Shown here piece by piece: positions 20,115 to 30,373 of a stretch of DNA of 64,000 bases (positions are counted from its first letter, which is position 1; every line of letters starts with the position of its first letter). This DNA is from Lysobacterales bacterium (GTDB taxonomy: Bacteria; Pseudomonadota; Gammaproteobacteria; Xanthomonadales; Marinicellaceae): NCBI GenBank assembly GCA_027057345.1, contig JALUIX010000058.1:10564-74563 (forward strand). Reading direction: 5' to 3'. The translations under genes and the position numbers were made by a program. The notes below the pieces were generated by a model. It searched no databases, was not told the DNA's origin, and worked only from the letters and a program-made list of their open reading frames with translations.

Positions 20115-20909
20115 TCAGGCATCGGCCACGGGAGACTGGGAACCGGCTGCCGAAGCCGTTGATCCGGCCGTGGCTGCGTCCCGTTGCAGCTTGTGGTGTA
20201 ACAGCCTGGCCAGACGTTGCAGAATATCGGTGGACATGCCCGGCACAAAGCGGTGCTGATCGCGGCTGCCAAAAGCCAGCAATCCGCCGCTGCCTTTTTC
20301 TCCCATGGGGATCAACGCCACCGAAGCCACGTCGTTGGCCTGTTCGCCAAACAGGTATTCCAGCTTGTCGGCTTTGAGGCGACCGCACAGGGGTTGCGCC
20401 TGGGCCAGCGCATCGGCAAACAACTGCTGGAATTCTTCTGCATCACTGACAATGATCACGTGCCCCATGCGGGTGTCGGCCGGTAGCAGCGCCGGTGGCA
20501 CGGCCAGGCTAAGAAAATCGCTGGGAAAAGCCGTGCGAACATAATCCACAAACGCATTAAGGCTGGATTGCCCGGCGGGCAGGCTGGAAAACACCAGCGC
20601 CAGCTCGAACACCTTGTCAAGCAGGCTTTCGCTGCTGCGTGCGGCACTGACCATGGCATTTAACTGCTCGGCCAGCTGACGGTTCTTTTCCTGTAATACC
20701 TTGACCTGATAATTAACCAGATTGGTCACGCTGCCCTGATTGTCGACCACCTGCAGTTGCGCCAGCAAATCCGGGTACTGGCTGAAAAAGGCGGGGTGCT
20801 GACGCAAGAAGCGCAAAACATCCATGGCCCGCAGGGGCGCCATGGAGGGTTCCGTGCCGACTTCAGCAGTGGCTCCGGTGTGGTGTGGTTGTTCCGGTTT
20901 CTCGCTCAT
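20115..20909 (-). CDS. DUF484-family protein (YigA-like)
   Basis: VLRFLRQHPAFFSQYPDLLAQL N-terminal block. Lies between dapF and xerC. 4-nt overlap with the dapF stop. Confidence 0.8.
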   Translation of the reverse strand: MSEKPEQPHHTGATAEVGTEPSMAPLRAMDVLRFLRQHPAFFSQYPDLLAQLQVVDNQGSVTNLVNYQVKVLQEKNRQLAEQLNAMVSAARSSESLLDKVFELALVFSSLPAGQSSLNAFVDYVRTAFPSDFLSLAVPPALLPADTRMGHVIIVSDAEEFQQLFADALAQAQPLCGRLKADKLEYLFGEQANDVASVALIPMGEKGSGGLLAFGSRDQHRFVPGMSTDILQRLARLLHHKLQRDAATAGSTASAAGSQSPVADA

Positions 20910-21772
20910 GATTCTCCTTGGCTGTTGTCCGCTGCGGGATAAAAGGCGCGGCCCTGATACACGTGAGCTGCCGGGCCGCGCAATGACAGACCACCGGTGC
21001 CTGGCTGGTAGTTTACCAAAAGCTTGCCACCGGGCATGTCAACGCGAACCGCCTGCGGTCTGTCTGTTGGGTTTTCCGTGCCTTGATCCTCGGCCAGCAG
21101 GCGCTGCACGGTAGCCACCACGGCCGCGGCGGCGCCACTGCCACAGGCCCGGGTTTCTCCCGTGCCGCGTTCATTCACACGAATCCGCAGGTGCTGCGGG
21201 CTGTGCACGTGCACCACTTCCAGATTAACGCCCTGGGGGTAGTGACGGCGCACCGAAGCGGCCAGCTGTGCCAGGTCCAAACTTGTCAGTGCCTGCGCAG
21301 AGTCCACCCACTGCACCCGGTGCGGATTGCCCACCGATACCTCCGCATGGGTTTCGTCCACCAGGCGACAATGCGCGGCCGGCAGGCTGATTTCCACATC
21401 GTCGATGGCGTGCACGTGAATACTGACCGGGCCACCGGGGCCGGTGACCTGAAAGCGGCGACTTACCGCCCAGCCACTTTGCCACAAATACCGCCCCAGG
21501 CAACGCTGGCCATTGCCGCACTGCTCGGCCTCGCTGCCGTCGGCGTTATAAAAGCGGTAAGCCGCCACGTAGCGTTCATCGGCTGAGTCGCTCAACACAA
21601 TCAACTGGTCAAAGCCCACGCCGGTGCGCCGGCAGGCCCAATGGCGGATCAAAGAGGGAGACAAGTCCAGACGCTGCAAACGTGCATCCACCAGCATGAA
21701 ATCATTACCCAGCCCATGCATTTTCTCAAAACGCAGGCTCCGAACCGGTTGATTGGCGCGATTCGCGTTCAT
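20906..21772 (-). CDS. dapF: diaminopimelate epimerase
   Basis: FEKMHGLGNDFMLVD; catalytic Cys contexts EQCGNGQRC and ACGSGA. Confidence 0.95.
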   Translation of the reverse strand: MNANRANQPVRSLRFEKMHGLGNDFMLVDARLQRLDLSPSLIRHWACRRTGVGFDQLIVLSDSADERYVAAYRFYNADGSEAEQCGNGQRCLGRYLWQSGWAVSRRFQVTGPGGPVSIHVHAIDDVEISLPAAHCRLVDETHAEVSVGNPHRVQWVDSAQALTSLDLAQLAASVRRHYPQGVNLEVVHVHSPQHLRIRVNERGTGETRACGSGAAAAVVATVQRLLAEDQGTENPTDRPQAVRVDMPGGKLLVNYQPGTGGLSLRGPAAHVYQGRAFYPAADNSQGES

Positions 21773-21782
21773 GACCAGGCCT

Positions 21783-22007
21783 TCACGGCATCGGGAAATC
21801 TGTCAGGCTTTCCCTGGCGCGGCTGTTGGCTTCGTCCGTGGTTGCAGGAGTCGTGGGTGTTTTTTCCGTAGCGGGCGGCTCGTCTTGGGTCGGTGTGTTT
21901 TCTTCCTTGGGCGGCAAATACAGATCACCCTTGTTGCCACAGGCGGTCAGGCTCATGGCACCCAGCAACAGCCAGGGAAGGATTTTCTGATTGGAAATGC
22001 GTTGCAT
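21783..22007 (-). CDS. lptM: LPS-assembly lipoprotein LptM (YifL)
   Basis: Lipobox LTAC followed by GNKGDLYLP; 74 aa; immediately upstream of dapF. Confidence 0.8.
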   Translation of the reverse strand: MQRISNQKILPWLLLGAMSLTACGNKGDLYLPPKEENTPTQDEPPATEKTPTTPATTDEANSRARESLTDFPMP

Positions 22008-22112
22008 GGGCGGCCTTTTTGTTTGCCATGTGATGCGTCAAATCTTATCATTGGTGGGTGTAAAGTCCAATGCCCCATGGCGGGCCTTTCCCCTTCTTTG
22101 ACTGGAGTGTTC

Positions 22113-22784
22113 ATGAGCTATCCTGCGGTTCGAATCGAAACCGGCGACAATCCCGAAATGGCCATCATCTGGCTGCACGGCCTGGGTGCCGATGGCCACG
22201 ACTTTGAGCCGGTGGTGCCACAGTTTCAGCACCCCGATATTCCCTTGCGTTTTGTCTTCCCGCACGCGCCGGTGCAGCCGGTGACCATTAATGGCGGCAT
22301 GGCCATGCGCAGCTGGTACGACATCAAGGGCCTGGACATCGGTTCACGCGCCGATGAAGCCGGCATCCGGGCCTCGCAACAGATAGTTCACGACCTCATC
22401 GACGAGCAAGTGGCCCAGGGCATTGCACCGGAAAACATTATCCTGGCCGGCTTTTCCCAGGGCGCGGCCATGACCCTGCACACCGGCAGCCGCTACCCGC
22501 AACCGCTGGCCGGGATGGTGGCCTTGTCGGGTTACCTGCCCATGCCGGAAAAGTTGCCTGCTGAAAAACACCCGGCCAATGCCAACACCCCCATTTTCAT
22601 GGCCCATGGCACCCTGGACCCGGTGGTGCCTTATGCCCTGGGTGAAGCCAGCGCCAAAATCCTGCAAGCCAATGGCTACCCGGTGGAATGGCACGCCTAC
22701 CCGATTCAACACGCTGTTTCACCCGAGGAACTGGCGGCGCTGCGCGCCTTTGTTTTTCGCTTGGCACAAAAACAGCCGTCCTGA
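22113..22784 (+). CDS. carboxylesterase/phospholipase (Abhydrolase_2 type)
   Basis: IIWLHGLGADGHDF, GFSQGAA nucleophile elbow and HGTLDPVVP. Start at MSYPAV (ATG 22113, GGAG 6 nt upstream) instead of the long ORF from 21753. Confidence 0.85.
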   Translation: MSYPAVRIETGDNPEMAIIWLHGLGADGHDFEPVVPQFQHPDIPLRFVFPHAPVQPVTINGGMAMRSWYDIKGLDIGSRADEAGIRASQQIVHDLIDEQVAQGIAPENIILAGFSQGAAMTLHTGSRYPQPLAGMVALSGYLPMPEKLPAEKHPANANTPIFMAHGTLDPVVPYALGEASAKILQANGYPVEWHAYPIQHAVSPEELAALRAFVFRLAQKQPS

Positions 22785-22794
22785 TGAAGGCCCG

Positions 22795-23844
22795 GTGAAG
22801 CCAAAAGACCCGCTGCCAGCCACGGTATTTGCCCGCCTCTGCCAACAGCCGGTGGTCAACGGCCAGTCGCTGGCCAGGGCGCTGGGCGTAAGCCGCGCGG
22901 CCATCTGGAAAGCGGTGCGGTTTCTGCGTGACGCCGGCGTGCCCATCGCCGCTGTCAGCGGCAGCGGATATCGGCTCACCCAACGCCTTTCCCCTCTGGA
23001 TGCCGAAACGCTACAGACGCAGCGGCCGCCGGGCATGGGCCTGCGGCTGCTTTTCAGCACAACCTCCACCAATGACGATGCCCGGGCGCTGGATTCCCCC
23101 GGTTTTGTGCTGGCCGAGCACCAGCACCGGGGTCGCGGGCGCATGGGCCGCCAGTGGTTGAGCGTGCCAGGAGGGTCCATAGTGCTGTCAGGCCGCTGGG
23201 ATTTTGCCGGTGGCATTGCCGATCTGGCCGGTTTGAACCTGGCCGTGGCCGCCGCCGTGGTCGACACTGCGGCAGATTTTGGCTGGCATCTGGGCGTCAA
23301 ATGGCCCAATGACTTGGTCTCTCGCGACGAGGCAGGCAGGCTGCAAAAAATTGGCGGGGTGCTGATCGAAATCAGCGGCGAAATGGAAGGCCCATGTCAG
23401 GCCGTGGTGGGCCTGGGCCTGAACTGGCAATTGCCCCCGGAAACCTGCCAGCGCATCGAACAAGCCGTGGCCAACCTGACGGATTTGCCGCGCCGCCACG
23501 ACCAGACAAAGACAAACAGCGGTAGTCAGGCCGTGGATCGTAGTGCCTTTGTGGCCCATTTGTTGAACCGGCTGAACGAATGCGTGCGCGGCTGGTGCGA
23601 TAACGACGCTGTGCGGCGACAGGCCCACCGCCAGCAGGTGCTGGACACCTGGTGGCGGCACGATGCCTTACTGAACCAGCCGGTGGTTGTGCGTTCCACG
23701 CTTGGCCCCAGCGAGGCTGGGCTGCATGGCATTTGCCGGGGCGTGGATGCCAGCGGGGCGCTGATTCTGGAACGCAACGGCCAGCGCGAGACCCTGCACA
23801 GTGGCGAACTGAGCCTGCGTGCTGAACAGCAAAGCCCTGCATAA
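22795..23844 (+). CDS. birA: bifunctional biotin--[acetyl-CoA-carboxylase] ligase / biotin operon repressor
   Basis: N-terminal HTH QSLARALGVSRAAIWKAVRFLRDAG and HQHRGRGRMGRQW. Start assigned to GTG 22795 (AAGG upstream), because all in-frame ATGs lie inside the esterase gene. Confidence 0.85.
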   Translation: MKPKDPLPATVFARLCQQPVVNGQSLARALGVSRAAIWKAVRFLRDAGVPIAAVSGSGYRLTQRLSPLDAETLQTQRPPGMGLRLLFSTTSTNDDARALDSPGFVLAEHQHRGRGRMGRQWLSVPGGSIVLSGRWDFAGGIADLAGLNLAVAAAVVDTAADFGWHLGVKWPNDLVSRDEAGRLQKIGGVLIEISGEMEGPCQAVVGLGLNWQLPPETCQRIEQAVANLTDLPRRHDQTKTNSGSQAVDRSAFVAHLLNRLNECVRGWCDNDAVRRQAHRQQVLDTWWRHDALLNQPVVVRSTLGPSEAGLHGICRGVDASGALILERNGQRETLHSGELSLRAEQQSPA

Positions 23845-23871
23845 ACCGCCATAACCGGGTAAAATCCGCTC

Positions 23872-24564
23872 ATGATTTCCTCCCCGACTCCCATGCGCTG
23901 GCTTTTCTTTGTCATGCTGGCGGCCAACCTGGCCTTTTTTGCCTGGCTGCGTCAGCAACCGATGCCCGAGCCGCTGCGCTTTGCCGCCACCGACCCGAAC
24001 GTTCCCGGTTTGCGCCTGTTGAGTGAAGCCGAGCCGGTCAATCGGTCGCCTGAGTGGCAAAACCCCGCCAGCAACGATAACAACGCGGTCAGCCCGGTGG
24101 TGCCGGTGTGTTTCCGCACCGGACCCTTTGCCAGCCAGGCGGCCATCAACCAGGTACTGGAGCCCTTACAGGATTTCGTCATAAAAACCCGCACCCGCCG
24201 CGAAACGGCCAGTCAGGAGGCCGGTTACTGGGTATTTCTTCCGGCCACGGACACCCGCGCCGAGGCGCTTAAGGCGGCCCGTCGCCTGTCGCAAGCCGGC
24301 GTACGGGATTACTACGTGGTCACCGCCGGGGCGCATGAAAACACCGTTTCCCTGGGGCTGTACCGGGACAAGGACAACGCCATGGCACGTCTGGAAAGCC
24401 TGCTCCAACGCGGTTTTGATGCGCAGTGGGAAGCCCGCCTGGAACAGTGGCCGGAATACTGGCTGGATGTGGCCGTGGCTTCAGATCAGGCCGATAAACT
24501 GCCGCAGTTACTCACCGAGGCCGCCCCGACCGCCCGGGCCTTTGCGGCCAGTTGCGACTGGTAG
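23872..24564 (+). CDS. SPOR-domain membrane protein
   Basis: N-terminal TM helix. C-terminal region reads as two SPOR-like repeats (CFRTGPFASQAAINQV ... YWVFLPATDTRAEALKAARRL ... VSLGLYRDKDNAMARL). Confidence 0.6.
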   Translation: MISSPTPMRWLFFVMLAANLAFFAWLRQQPMPEPLRFAATDPNVPGLRLLSEAEPVNRSPEWQNPASNDNNAVSPVVPVCFRTGPFASQAAINQVLEPLQDFVIKTRTRRETASQEAGYWVFLPATDTRAEALKAARRLSQAGVRDYYVVTAGAHENTVSLGLYRDKDNAMARLESLLQRGFDAQWEARLEQWPEYWLDVAVASDQADKLPQLLTEAAPTARAFAASCDW

Positions 24565-24611
24565 GGATAACCGGCCTTCCTGAGTAGAATCCTAGAAGCG
24601 TTAGGTGTCAG

Positions 24612-24772
24612 GGAACCTCTGATTGAGTCTGGCGCGAGCAGATTGTTGTGAAAAATTGTTCAGTTCAAGGCGCAAACCGCACGTAATAGCCAGGCTATTG
24701 CGAAGGTTTGCAACACAGAAATGGACGATTTTACGCCGCAAGATGCCGTGTCACGATTCAATCAGAGGTTCC
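24612..24772 (-). mobile_element. MITE copy E (subfamily 1, 161 bp)
   Basis: Termini GGAACCTCTGATTGAGTC ... GATTCAATCAGAGGTTCC; the ends carry matching AC/GT variants. Flanks TCAG / TTAC are not a clean duplication. Confidence 0.85.
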
Positions 24773-25817
24773 TTACCGGCCCTGGCCGTCGCAGCGCTTC
24801 CAGCGACCAGCGTGGGTGGATATCAATGGCCCAACCGGTTTTGCGCTCGCCGGCCTGCAAGCGCAAGGCACCGGCCAGAGCGATCATGGCACCGTTATCT
24901 GTGCACCAGTCCAGCGGTGGAAAATACACCTGGCCGCCGTGTTGCTGCGTCATGGCCTGCAAACGCTGGCGCAAGGCGCTGTTGGCGCTGACGCCACCGG
25001 CCACTACCAGGCGCTTCAAACCGCTTTGCTTGATGGCCCGCTGACATTTTCGCACCAACGTGTCCACCACCGCTTCCTGAAACCCGGCCGCAATATCGGC
25101 CTTGAGTTGTTCCCGTTCGGCCTCACTGGTGGCAGCTTGCCGGCTTTTCTCCCAGGTCACGCGGGTAAAGGTCTTGAGACCGGAAAAGCTCATGTCCAGT
25201 CCCGGGCGATTTATCATGGGGCGCGGAAAAGCAAACCGGCCGGAGTCGCCTTTTTTGGCCAGCTCGGCCAGGGCCTTGCCACCCGGATAGGGCAGTCCCA
25301 GCAATTTGGCCGTTTTGTCAAAAGCCTCACCGGCGGCGTCATCCAGCGTGTCACCCAGAATGCGGTAATCACCCAGTTCGCGCACGGCCACCAACAGGCT
25401 GTGGCCACCGGAAACCAGTAGGCTGAGAAACGGGAATGGTGGCGGGTCATCGCCCAGCAAAGGCGCCAGCAAATGGCCTTCCATGTGATGCACTTCCACG
25501 GCTGGAATGTCCAACGCCCAAGCCAGACTCTGGCCCAGGCTGGCCCCCACCAGCAAGGCCCCGGCCAGGCCCGGCCCGGCTGTCCAGGCAATGCCGTCCA
25601 GGTCATTCAGGCTCAAGTCGGCCTGTTTCAAGGTGGCCTGTATCAGTGGCACCGCCTTGCGCACGTGATCGCGCGATGCCAGCTCCGGCACCACACCGCC
25701 ATGGCGGGCGTGCAAGGCAATCTGTGAATGCAGTTGCTCGGCCAAGAGGCCGTTTTCGGTGTCATAAATGGCGATGCCTGTTTCGTCACAGGATGACTCG
25801 ATGCCGAGGACTTTCAT
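24762..25817 (-). CDS. tsaD: tRNA N6-adenosine threonylcarbamoyltransferase TsaD
   Basis: [23 protein letters not shown] and VSGGHS blocks. The last codons (NL) plus TGA lie inside MITE copy E. Confidence 0.95.
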   Translation of the reverse strand: MKVLGIESSCDETGIAIYDTENGLLAEQLHSQIALHARHGGVVPELASRDHVRKAVPLIQATLKQADLSLNDLDGIAWTAGPGLAGALLVGASLGQSLAWALDIPAVEVHHMEGHLLAPLLGDDPPPFPFLSLLVSGGHSLLVAVRELGDYRILGDTLDDAAGEAFDKTAKLLGLPYPGGKALAELAKKGDSGRFAFPRPMINRPGLDMSFSGLKTFTRVTWEKSRQAATSEAEREQLKADIAAGFQEAVVDTLVRKCQRAIKQSGLKRLVVAGGVSANSALRQRLQAMTQQHGGQVYFPPLDWCTDNGAMIALAGALRLQAGERKTGWAIDIHPRWSLEALRRPGPVRNL

Positions 25818-27013
25818 GTCGATTTCCCGCTGGATTGGCCAGATTCATGGCGCGCCGGCGCCGATTTCAAGGCTGGATTTTTCTCACCATCGGCCTCCAC
25901 AGAGCGGAGCTGGCAGTGCAGGCGGCTGTTTTTCAGTCGACCGGCCATGGCCGGGCTGATTTCACACCGGCCGTCCTCGCCCAGCAGCAAGACGCTGTCC
26001 AGCCCCAGCTGCTGCGCCACGCGCGGCCACCGCTGCCAACCGGCCACAATCATAGCGGTGGCTGCTGCGTCAGCCAGGGTGCCATCATCTGCGATCACCG
26101 TGGCGGAAACCACATCCGGCACCGGCCAGCCTGTTGCCGGATCGAGGATGTGCGCATAGCGTGTACCGTCATAGCGGGTGTAACGCTGATAATTGCCGGA
26201 GGTAAAAATGGCTTCATGGCCACGGCTTTCGATTACCGCCAGAATGTCTCCGGGCCAGTCGGCGCCCGGGGCGCGAATGGCCACCCGCCACGGCGCCACC
26301 CCTTTCTGGCCATTGACCAGCACATCGCCACCGGCATTGATAATCACGTCCGCAAACCCCGCCTGCTGCAGCATTTTTGCCACCACATCAGTGGCATAAC
26401 CCTTGGCCACCCCGCCAAAATCCAGCCAGATTCGTGGGTTGCTGCTCCACAACTGCACGCCTTCACTTTTCTTGGTCAGGTGCAGATCGGCCATGGATGG
26501 CCGCTGTTGCAGCCACTCATCAATAGCGGTGGCATCAGGTGGCGGTGTGTGCAAGGGGAACTCATCGGCGTGAAACCCCCACAGGTGCACCAGTTCGCCA
26601 ATGGCCGGGTCAAAAGCGCCCTCGCTGGTCTGGCTCAAGGCCTTGACCCGCTGCAAAAAACGCGCTTCTTCGTCACTCAGCGTAATGCGTTGGCCATGAC
26701 GCAAAGCCGCATTGATGGCCTGCAAGCGACCCGGCTTCCAGGCATGCCACTGATGGTGCATGGCGTTCAGTTTTTCTTCCACCTTCAACAAGGCGTTTTC
26801 CAGTGCCGGCTGCTTTTCTTTCGGCGCCCAAACCAGGACATCCAGCACGGTGCCAAACACATAATACGACTGCTTGTGAAGCACCGATGGCGACTGATTG
26901 TTCCCTTCAGCGGCCGGCTGGGAGTCCGCGCAGGCGGTGAGCAGACCCAGCGCCATAACGCAGGCAATCCCCACCCGGATAGTTTCATTATTGATAATCG
27001 TTCTCATTTGCAT
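25814..27013 (-). CDS. apbE: FAD:protein FMN transferase (ApbE family lipoprotein)
   Basis: Lipobox LLTAC; [29 protein letters not shown] and [14 protein letters not shown] overlap with tsaD. Confidence 0.9.
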   Translation of the reverse strand: MQMRTIINNETIRVGIACVMALGLLTACADSQPAAEGNNQSPSVLHKQSYYVFGTVLDVLVWAPKEKQPALENALLKVEEKLNAMHHQWHAWKPGRLQAINAALRHGQRITLSDEEARFLQRVKALSQTSEGAFDPAIGELVHLWGFHADEFPLHTPPPDATAIDEWLQQRPSMADLHLTKKSEGVQLWSSNPRIWLDFGGVAKGYATDVVAKMLQQAGFADVIINAGGDVLVNGQKGVAPWRVAIRAPGADWPGDILAVIESRGHEAIFTSGNYQRYTRYDGTRYAHILDPATGWPVPDVVSATVIADDGTLADAAATAMIVAGWQRWPRVAQQLGLDSVLLLGEDGRCEISPAMAGRLKNSRLHCQLRSVEADGEKNPALKSAPARHESGQSSGKST

Positions 27014-27084
27014 TAGAATCCGGTTTCCGGCCCAAGCAGGCTATCTCTCATCACTCTTTTTCATCACGGAATTTAGAGGTCACC

Positions 27085-28347
27085 ATGATATCACCACTCC
27101 CAAACCGAATATCCCGTTCCCTTGCGTTGACGTGGCTGTTTTGCATCGTTTCCTTTCAGGCCCTGGCGCAAACAGGATCAGGCAGTCCCAAGTCCGAAGA
27201 TGTTCCCGACAGCACGCGCCTGTGGCAGATCGTTCAGCAACAACAGCACACTATTGAGACGTTGCAAAAAGAGCTGAGGGAGCTAAAAAACCGCCTCGAC
27301 AGCACCGCCAAACACGTAGAGGCGCAAGAGGATAATCTGCAACAAATGGCCGAAGCCGTAGAAGACACCGTACCTGCGGCGGCACAAACCAGCCTGGGTG
27401 GTTACGGCGAGCTGCACTATAACAACACTGACAGTGGCAATAAAGTGGATTTTCATCGCTTTGTGCTGTTTATCGGGCATGATTTCTCCGACCAAACACG
27501 TTTCTATTCCGAACTGGAAGTGGAGCACGCTCTGTCCGGTGAAGGAAAGCCCGGAGCAATGGAGCTGGAACAGGCTTTTATCGGGCACCGCTTTAACGAT
27601 TCATTTACCGCTAAGGCCGGTTTAATGTTGATGCCAGTGGGTATACTCAATGAAACCCATGAACCCGATACCTTCTTTGGTGTTGAACGCAACCCGGTGG
27701 AAAAAAACATTCTGCCCACCACGTGGTGGGAAGCCGGGTTGGCCGGTCGCTGGAAAATCTCACAACGCCTCAGCGCGGATATCATGATATCCAGCGGGCT
27801 CAATGTGCCAACCAGTGGCTCCAAGGCATTTCTTATTCGTTCCGGTCGCCAAAGCGTGGCCAAGGCCACGGCCAATGACGGCGCCCTGACGGCCCGAATC
27901 CAGTTTCTACCCGCACCGGGCCTGCAGTTATCGGCCCTTGTCCATCAGCAACAGGACATAACCCAGGGTGAACTGGGTATAGGCGCCACCTTGCTGGAGG
28001 CCGATGCCCAATACCGCAACGGCCCGTTTGGCCTGAAGGCGTTGGTGGCCCGCTGGAACCTGGACGACAAAGTCAAGGCGCTGGCACCTGGCCGGGAACA
28101 ACAAAGCGGCTATTACATCGAGCCTTCATGGCGATTTGGTGATCGGCAAAACATTGGCTTGTTTGCCCGTTATGCAATGTGGGACAACAACGCGGGTGAT
28201 GACCGTGCAGACACGTCGATCAAACAACTCAATATTGGTGCCAACTACTGGCTGCACCCGCAAGTGGTTTTCAAGATGGATTACCAGAACCAGTCTGGCG
28301 CGGCCGATGATGACGGATTCAACCTGGGCGTGGGGTATTCTTTTTGA
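27085..28347 (+). CDS. outer-membrane beta-barrel porin-like protein
   Basis: Signal peptide ending FQALAQ, a short coiled-coil, alternating beta-strand pattern (GGYGELHYNN, NIGANYWLHPQVVFKMDY), and C-terminal GVGYSF ending in Phe. Confidence 0.7.
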   Translation: MISPLPNRISRSLALTWLFCIVSFQALAQTGSGSPKSEDVPDSTRLWQIVQQQQHTIETLQKELRELKNRLDSTAKHVEAQEDNLQQMAEAVEDTVPAAAQTSLGGYGELHYNNTDSGNKVDFHRFVLFIGHDFSDQTRFYSELEVEHALSGEGKPGAMELEQAFIGHRFNDSFTAKAGLMLMPVGILNETHEPDTFFGVERNPVEKNILPTTWWEAGLAGRWKISQRLSADIMISSGLNVPTSGSKAFLIRSGRQSVAKATANDGALTARIQFLPAPGLQLSALVHQQQDITQGELGIGATLLEADAQYRNGPFGLKALVARWNLDDKVKALAPGREQQSGYYIEPSWRFGDRQNIGLFARYAMWDNNAGDDRADTSIKQLNIGANYWLHPQVVFKMDYQNQSGAADDDGFNLGVGYSF

Positions 28348-28949
28348 TGAAAAATGCTTTCTGCCCTGCCCTGCCAATGGCCATGATGCGTCTTGATAGT
28401 CTCAAGGCCCGGTTTTTGATCGGGCTTTTGGGCTGTCTGTTTGTTTTGCTCGTCAGCACCCCGGCTCAGGCAGCCATGCCTGATGAGTTTCTGCACTTTC
28501 TGCAGGAGTCCTTTGGCAGCGACAGGCCCCGGGTACAACGGCTGTGGCTAAACGAGCAACAAAGGAACGAAGCCGGAAAACTGTTACAAAGGCCCGTTCG
28601 AACACGATCGCTACGCTATTGGGGCGATGCCAGCCACAGCGTCTGGCTGCTGAACGAAATCGGCAAGGAGCGCCCCATTACCACCGCCATTGAAATCCGC
28701 AACGGCCGGGTCAAGCGTGTGCGCGTTATCACTTACCGGGAATCTCGCGGTGGTGAAGTGCAAGCGGACTGGTTCCTGAATCAGTTTCGAGGCCTGGAAA
28801 GAGAACACCTGGGCGCCCTGCACAAAACCATTGACAGCATCAGCGGCGCCACCTTGTCTGTCAATGCCCTTAAAAAACAGGTGTCGCTGGCCCTGCTGGC
28901 TGCCGACTGGCTGAAGCAAAAGGCTGCGAAACTGGAAAAACAACCGTGA
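28347..28949 (+). CDS. periplasmic FMN-binding-domain protein (predicted ApbE substrate)
   Basis: Signal peptide ...STPAQA. FMN_bind-like C-terminus with flavinylation motif DSISGATLS (Thr codon 28851-28853). ATG overlaps the porin stop (TGATG). Confidence 0.75.
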   Translation: MKNAFCPALPMAMMRLDSLKARFLIGLLGCLFVLLVSTPAQAAMPDEFLHFLQESFGSDRPRVQRLWLNEQQRNEAGKLLQRPVRTRSLRYWGDASHSVWLLNEIGKERPITTAIEIRNGRVKRVRVITYRESRGGEVQADWFLNQFRGLEREHLGALHKTIDSISGATLSVNALKKQVSLALLAADWLKQKAAKLEKQP

Positions 28950-29740
28950 ACCCGCGCTGGATTCGCAAAACCCACCGTTGGCTGGGCGTTATTGCCGCCT
29001 TTTGGTTAGTCCTGCTGGCAGTAAGCGGCGTGCTGTTGCAGCACGCCGAAGACTGGGGGCTGGACAAAAAGCCGGTCCGCTCCGCCTGGTTATTGTCGTT
29101 GCATGGCCTGACACCCACGACTTGGGCTTATGACCCGGTGTCAGGCTCCGAAAGCGACCCGGTGAAAATACAGCAATTCGGCCAGCGCATCTTCCGGCTA
29201 CCGGTAGGCAACCGGCAGTGGCTTGACCTGCCTGAGCAACCACTGGCGGTGTTTTCTGCCGGAAAGAGCCCGGACAACCAGCACCTGTGGCTGGTTTTCT
29301 CCAGCGAAATCTGGCAACTGAGACCGACCGGTGAATTGATAAATCAATGGGACGCGTTCGATGGCCTGCCAACACCCATTGAGTCCATCAGTCTGGATAA
29401 CAACGCCCTGATACTCGACACGTCGGATGGCTCGTTCGCTTTCGACCTGGTCACAGGATATCTGGCTGAAGCGCCTCTGGCTGCCGACCCCAGCCACAAT
29501 CGCCATGCATCACGGCCACCGGCCCCGAAAAAATTTCCCGGAGCACTCGTCAATAGCCACATCAGCCAGAATCTGCTGAGCTGGCAGAAAGTGATTTTTT
29601 CCTGGCACGCGGGTTTACTGGGCACCTGGTGGCTGAACGACCTGGCCGCCGCCGCACTGGTTTTTCTGTCCATCAGTGGGTTCTGGCTGTTTATGCGCAG
29701 AAACCGGAATTCGCGCAACCCCCGGAAAAACAGGGGGTGA
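28946..29740 (+). CDS. PepSY-associated TM helix (PepSY-like) membrane protein
   Basis: N-terminus RKTHRWLGVIAAFWLVLLAVSGVLLQH and C-terminal TM with SWHAGLLGTWW. GTG start overlaps the upstream stop (GTGA). Confidence 0.7.
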   Translation: MNPRWIRKTHRWLGVIAAFWLVLLAVSGVLLQHAEDWGLDKKPVRSAWLLSLHGLTPTTWAYDPVSGSESDPVKIQQFGQRIFRLPVGNRQWLDLPEQPLAVFSAGKSPDNQHLWLVFSSEIWQLRPTGELINQWDAFDGLPTPIESISLDNNALILDTSDGSFAFDLVTGYLAEAPLAADPSHNRHASRPPAPKKFPGALVNSHISQNLLSWQKVIFSWHAGLLGTWWLNDLAAAALVFLSISGFWLFMRRNRNSRNPRKNRG

Positions 29741-30022
29741 TAAGCCGCTATTGCCCTTAAGCACTGGTTGCAACACGGCAAGCCGCCTTTCCGCAGAGGC
29801 AACCAGGGAAGCTCTGATGACAACAGCTCTATTTATTACCCCTGCCTTTTCAGCCAACTGGTGCGAACTACTGGTTATGCTGTTCAAGCGGCATAAAAAC
29901 ATCAAAGCCATTGGCGAAAACCTGGAGCAATCTTGATCTGTGACAGACTCGGCTGCTTGATTTATTGCCGTTAGCCGCCATAATCTAGCGGTTAACCTTT
30001 ACTTCAGCCTGAGGAGTCCCGC

Positions 30023-30325
30023 ATGAGCTTGAAAGACACTTTTAACCTGAAAATTAAAACTGACATCCACAAGGTTTCCATGCTTTTCTGGATCTTGTTG
30101 ATTTTTATTGTGGCCCGTTCTGCCTGGGTGTTGTTTAACCACGCCTTTGATGTGCCACTGACTGATCCCTACTTCCCATGGGAAAACCTGTTTCTCACCA
30201 TAACGGCCCTGGCCATTGCCGTGCTGGCGCTCAAAGGCTGGTTCGAAACGTTCAAGGTGCTGTACGAAATCAACGACAACCTGGAAGCCATCCGCGAACA
30301 GGAAACAAACAAAACCACCCAATAA
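30023..30325 (+). CDS. small two-TM membrane protein, unknown function
   Basis: 100 aa with two hydrophobic helices. GAGGAG lies 6 nt upstream of the ATG. Followed by a clean terminator. Confidence 0.55.
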   Translation: MSLKDTFNLKIKTDIHKVSMLFWILLIFIVARSAWVLFNHAFDVPLTDPYFPWENLFLTITALAIAVLALKGWFETFKVLYEINDNLEAIREQETNKTTQ

Positions 30326-30349
30326 GCTTTAATGAATCCATCGAAATTC

Positions 30350-30373
30350 AACCCGGCTCAAGCCGGGTTTTTT
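30350..30373 (+). terminator. rho-independent terminator
   Basis: AACCCGGC-TCAA-GCCGGGTT followed by a T run. Confidence 0.8.
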
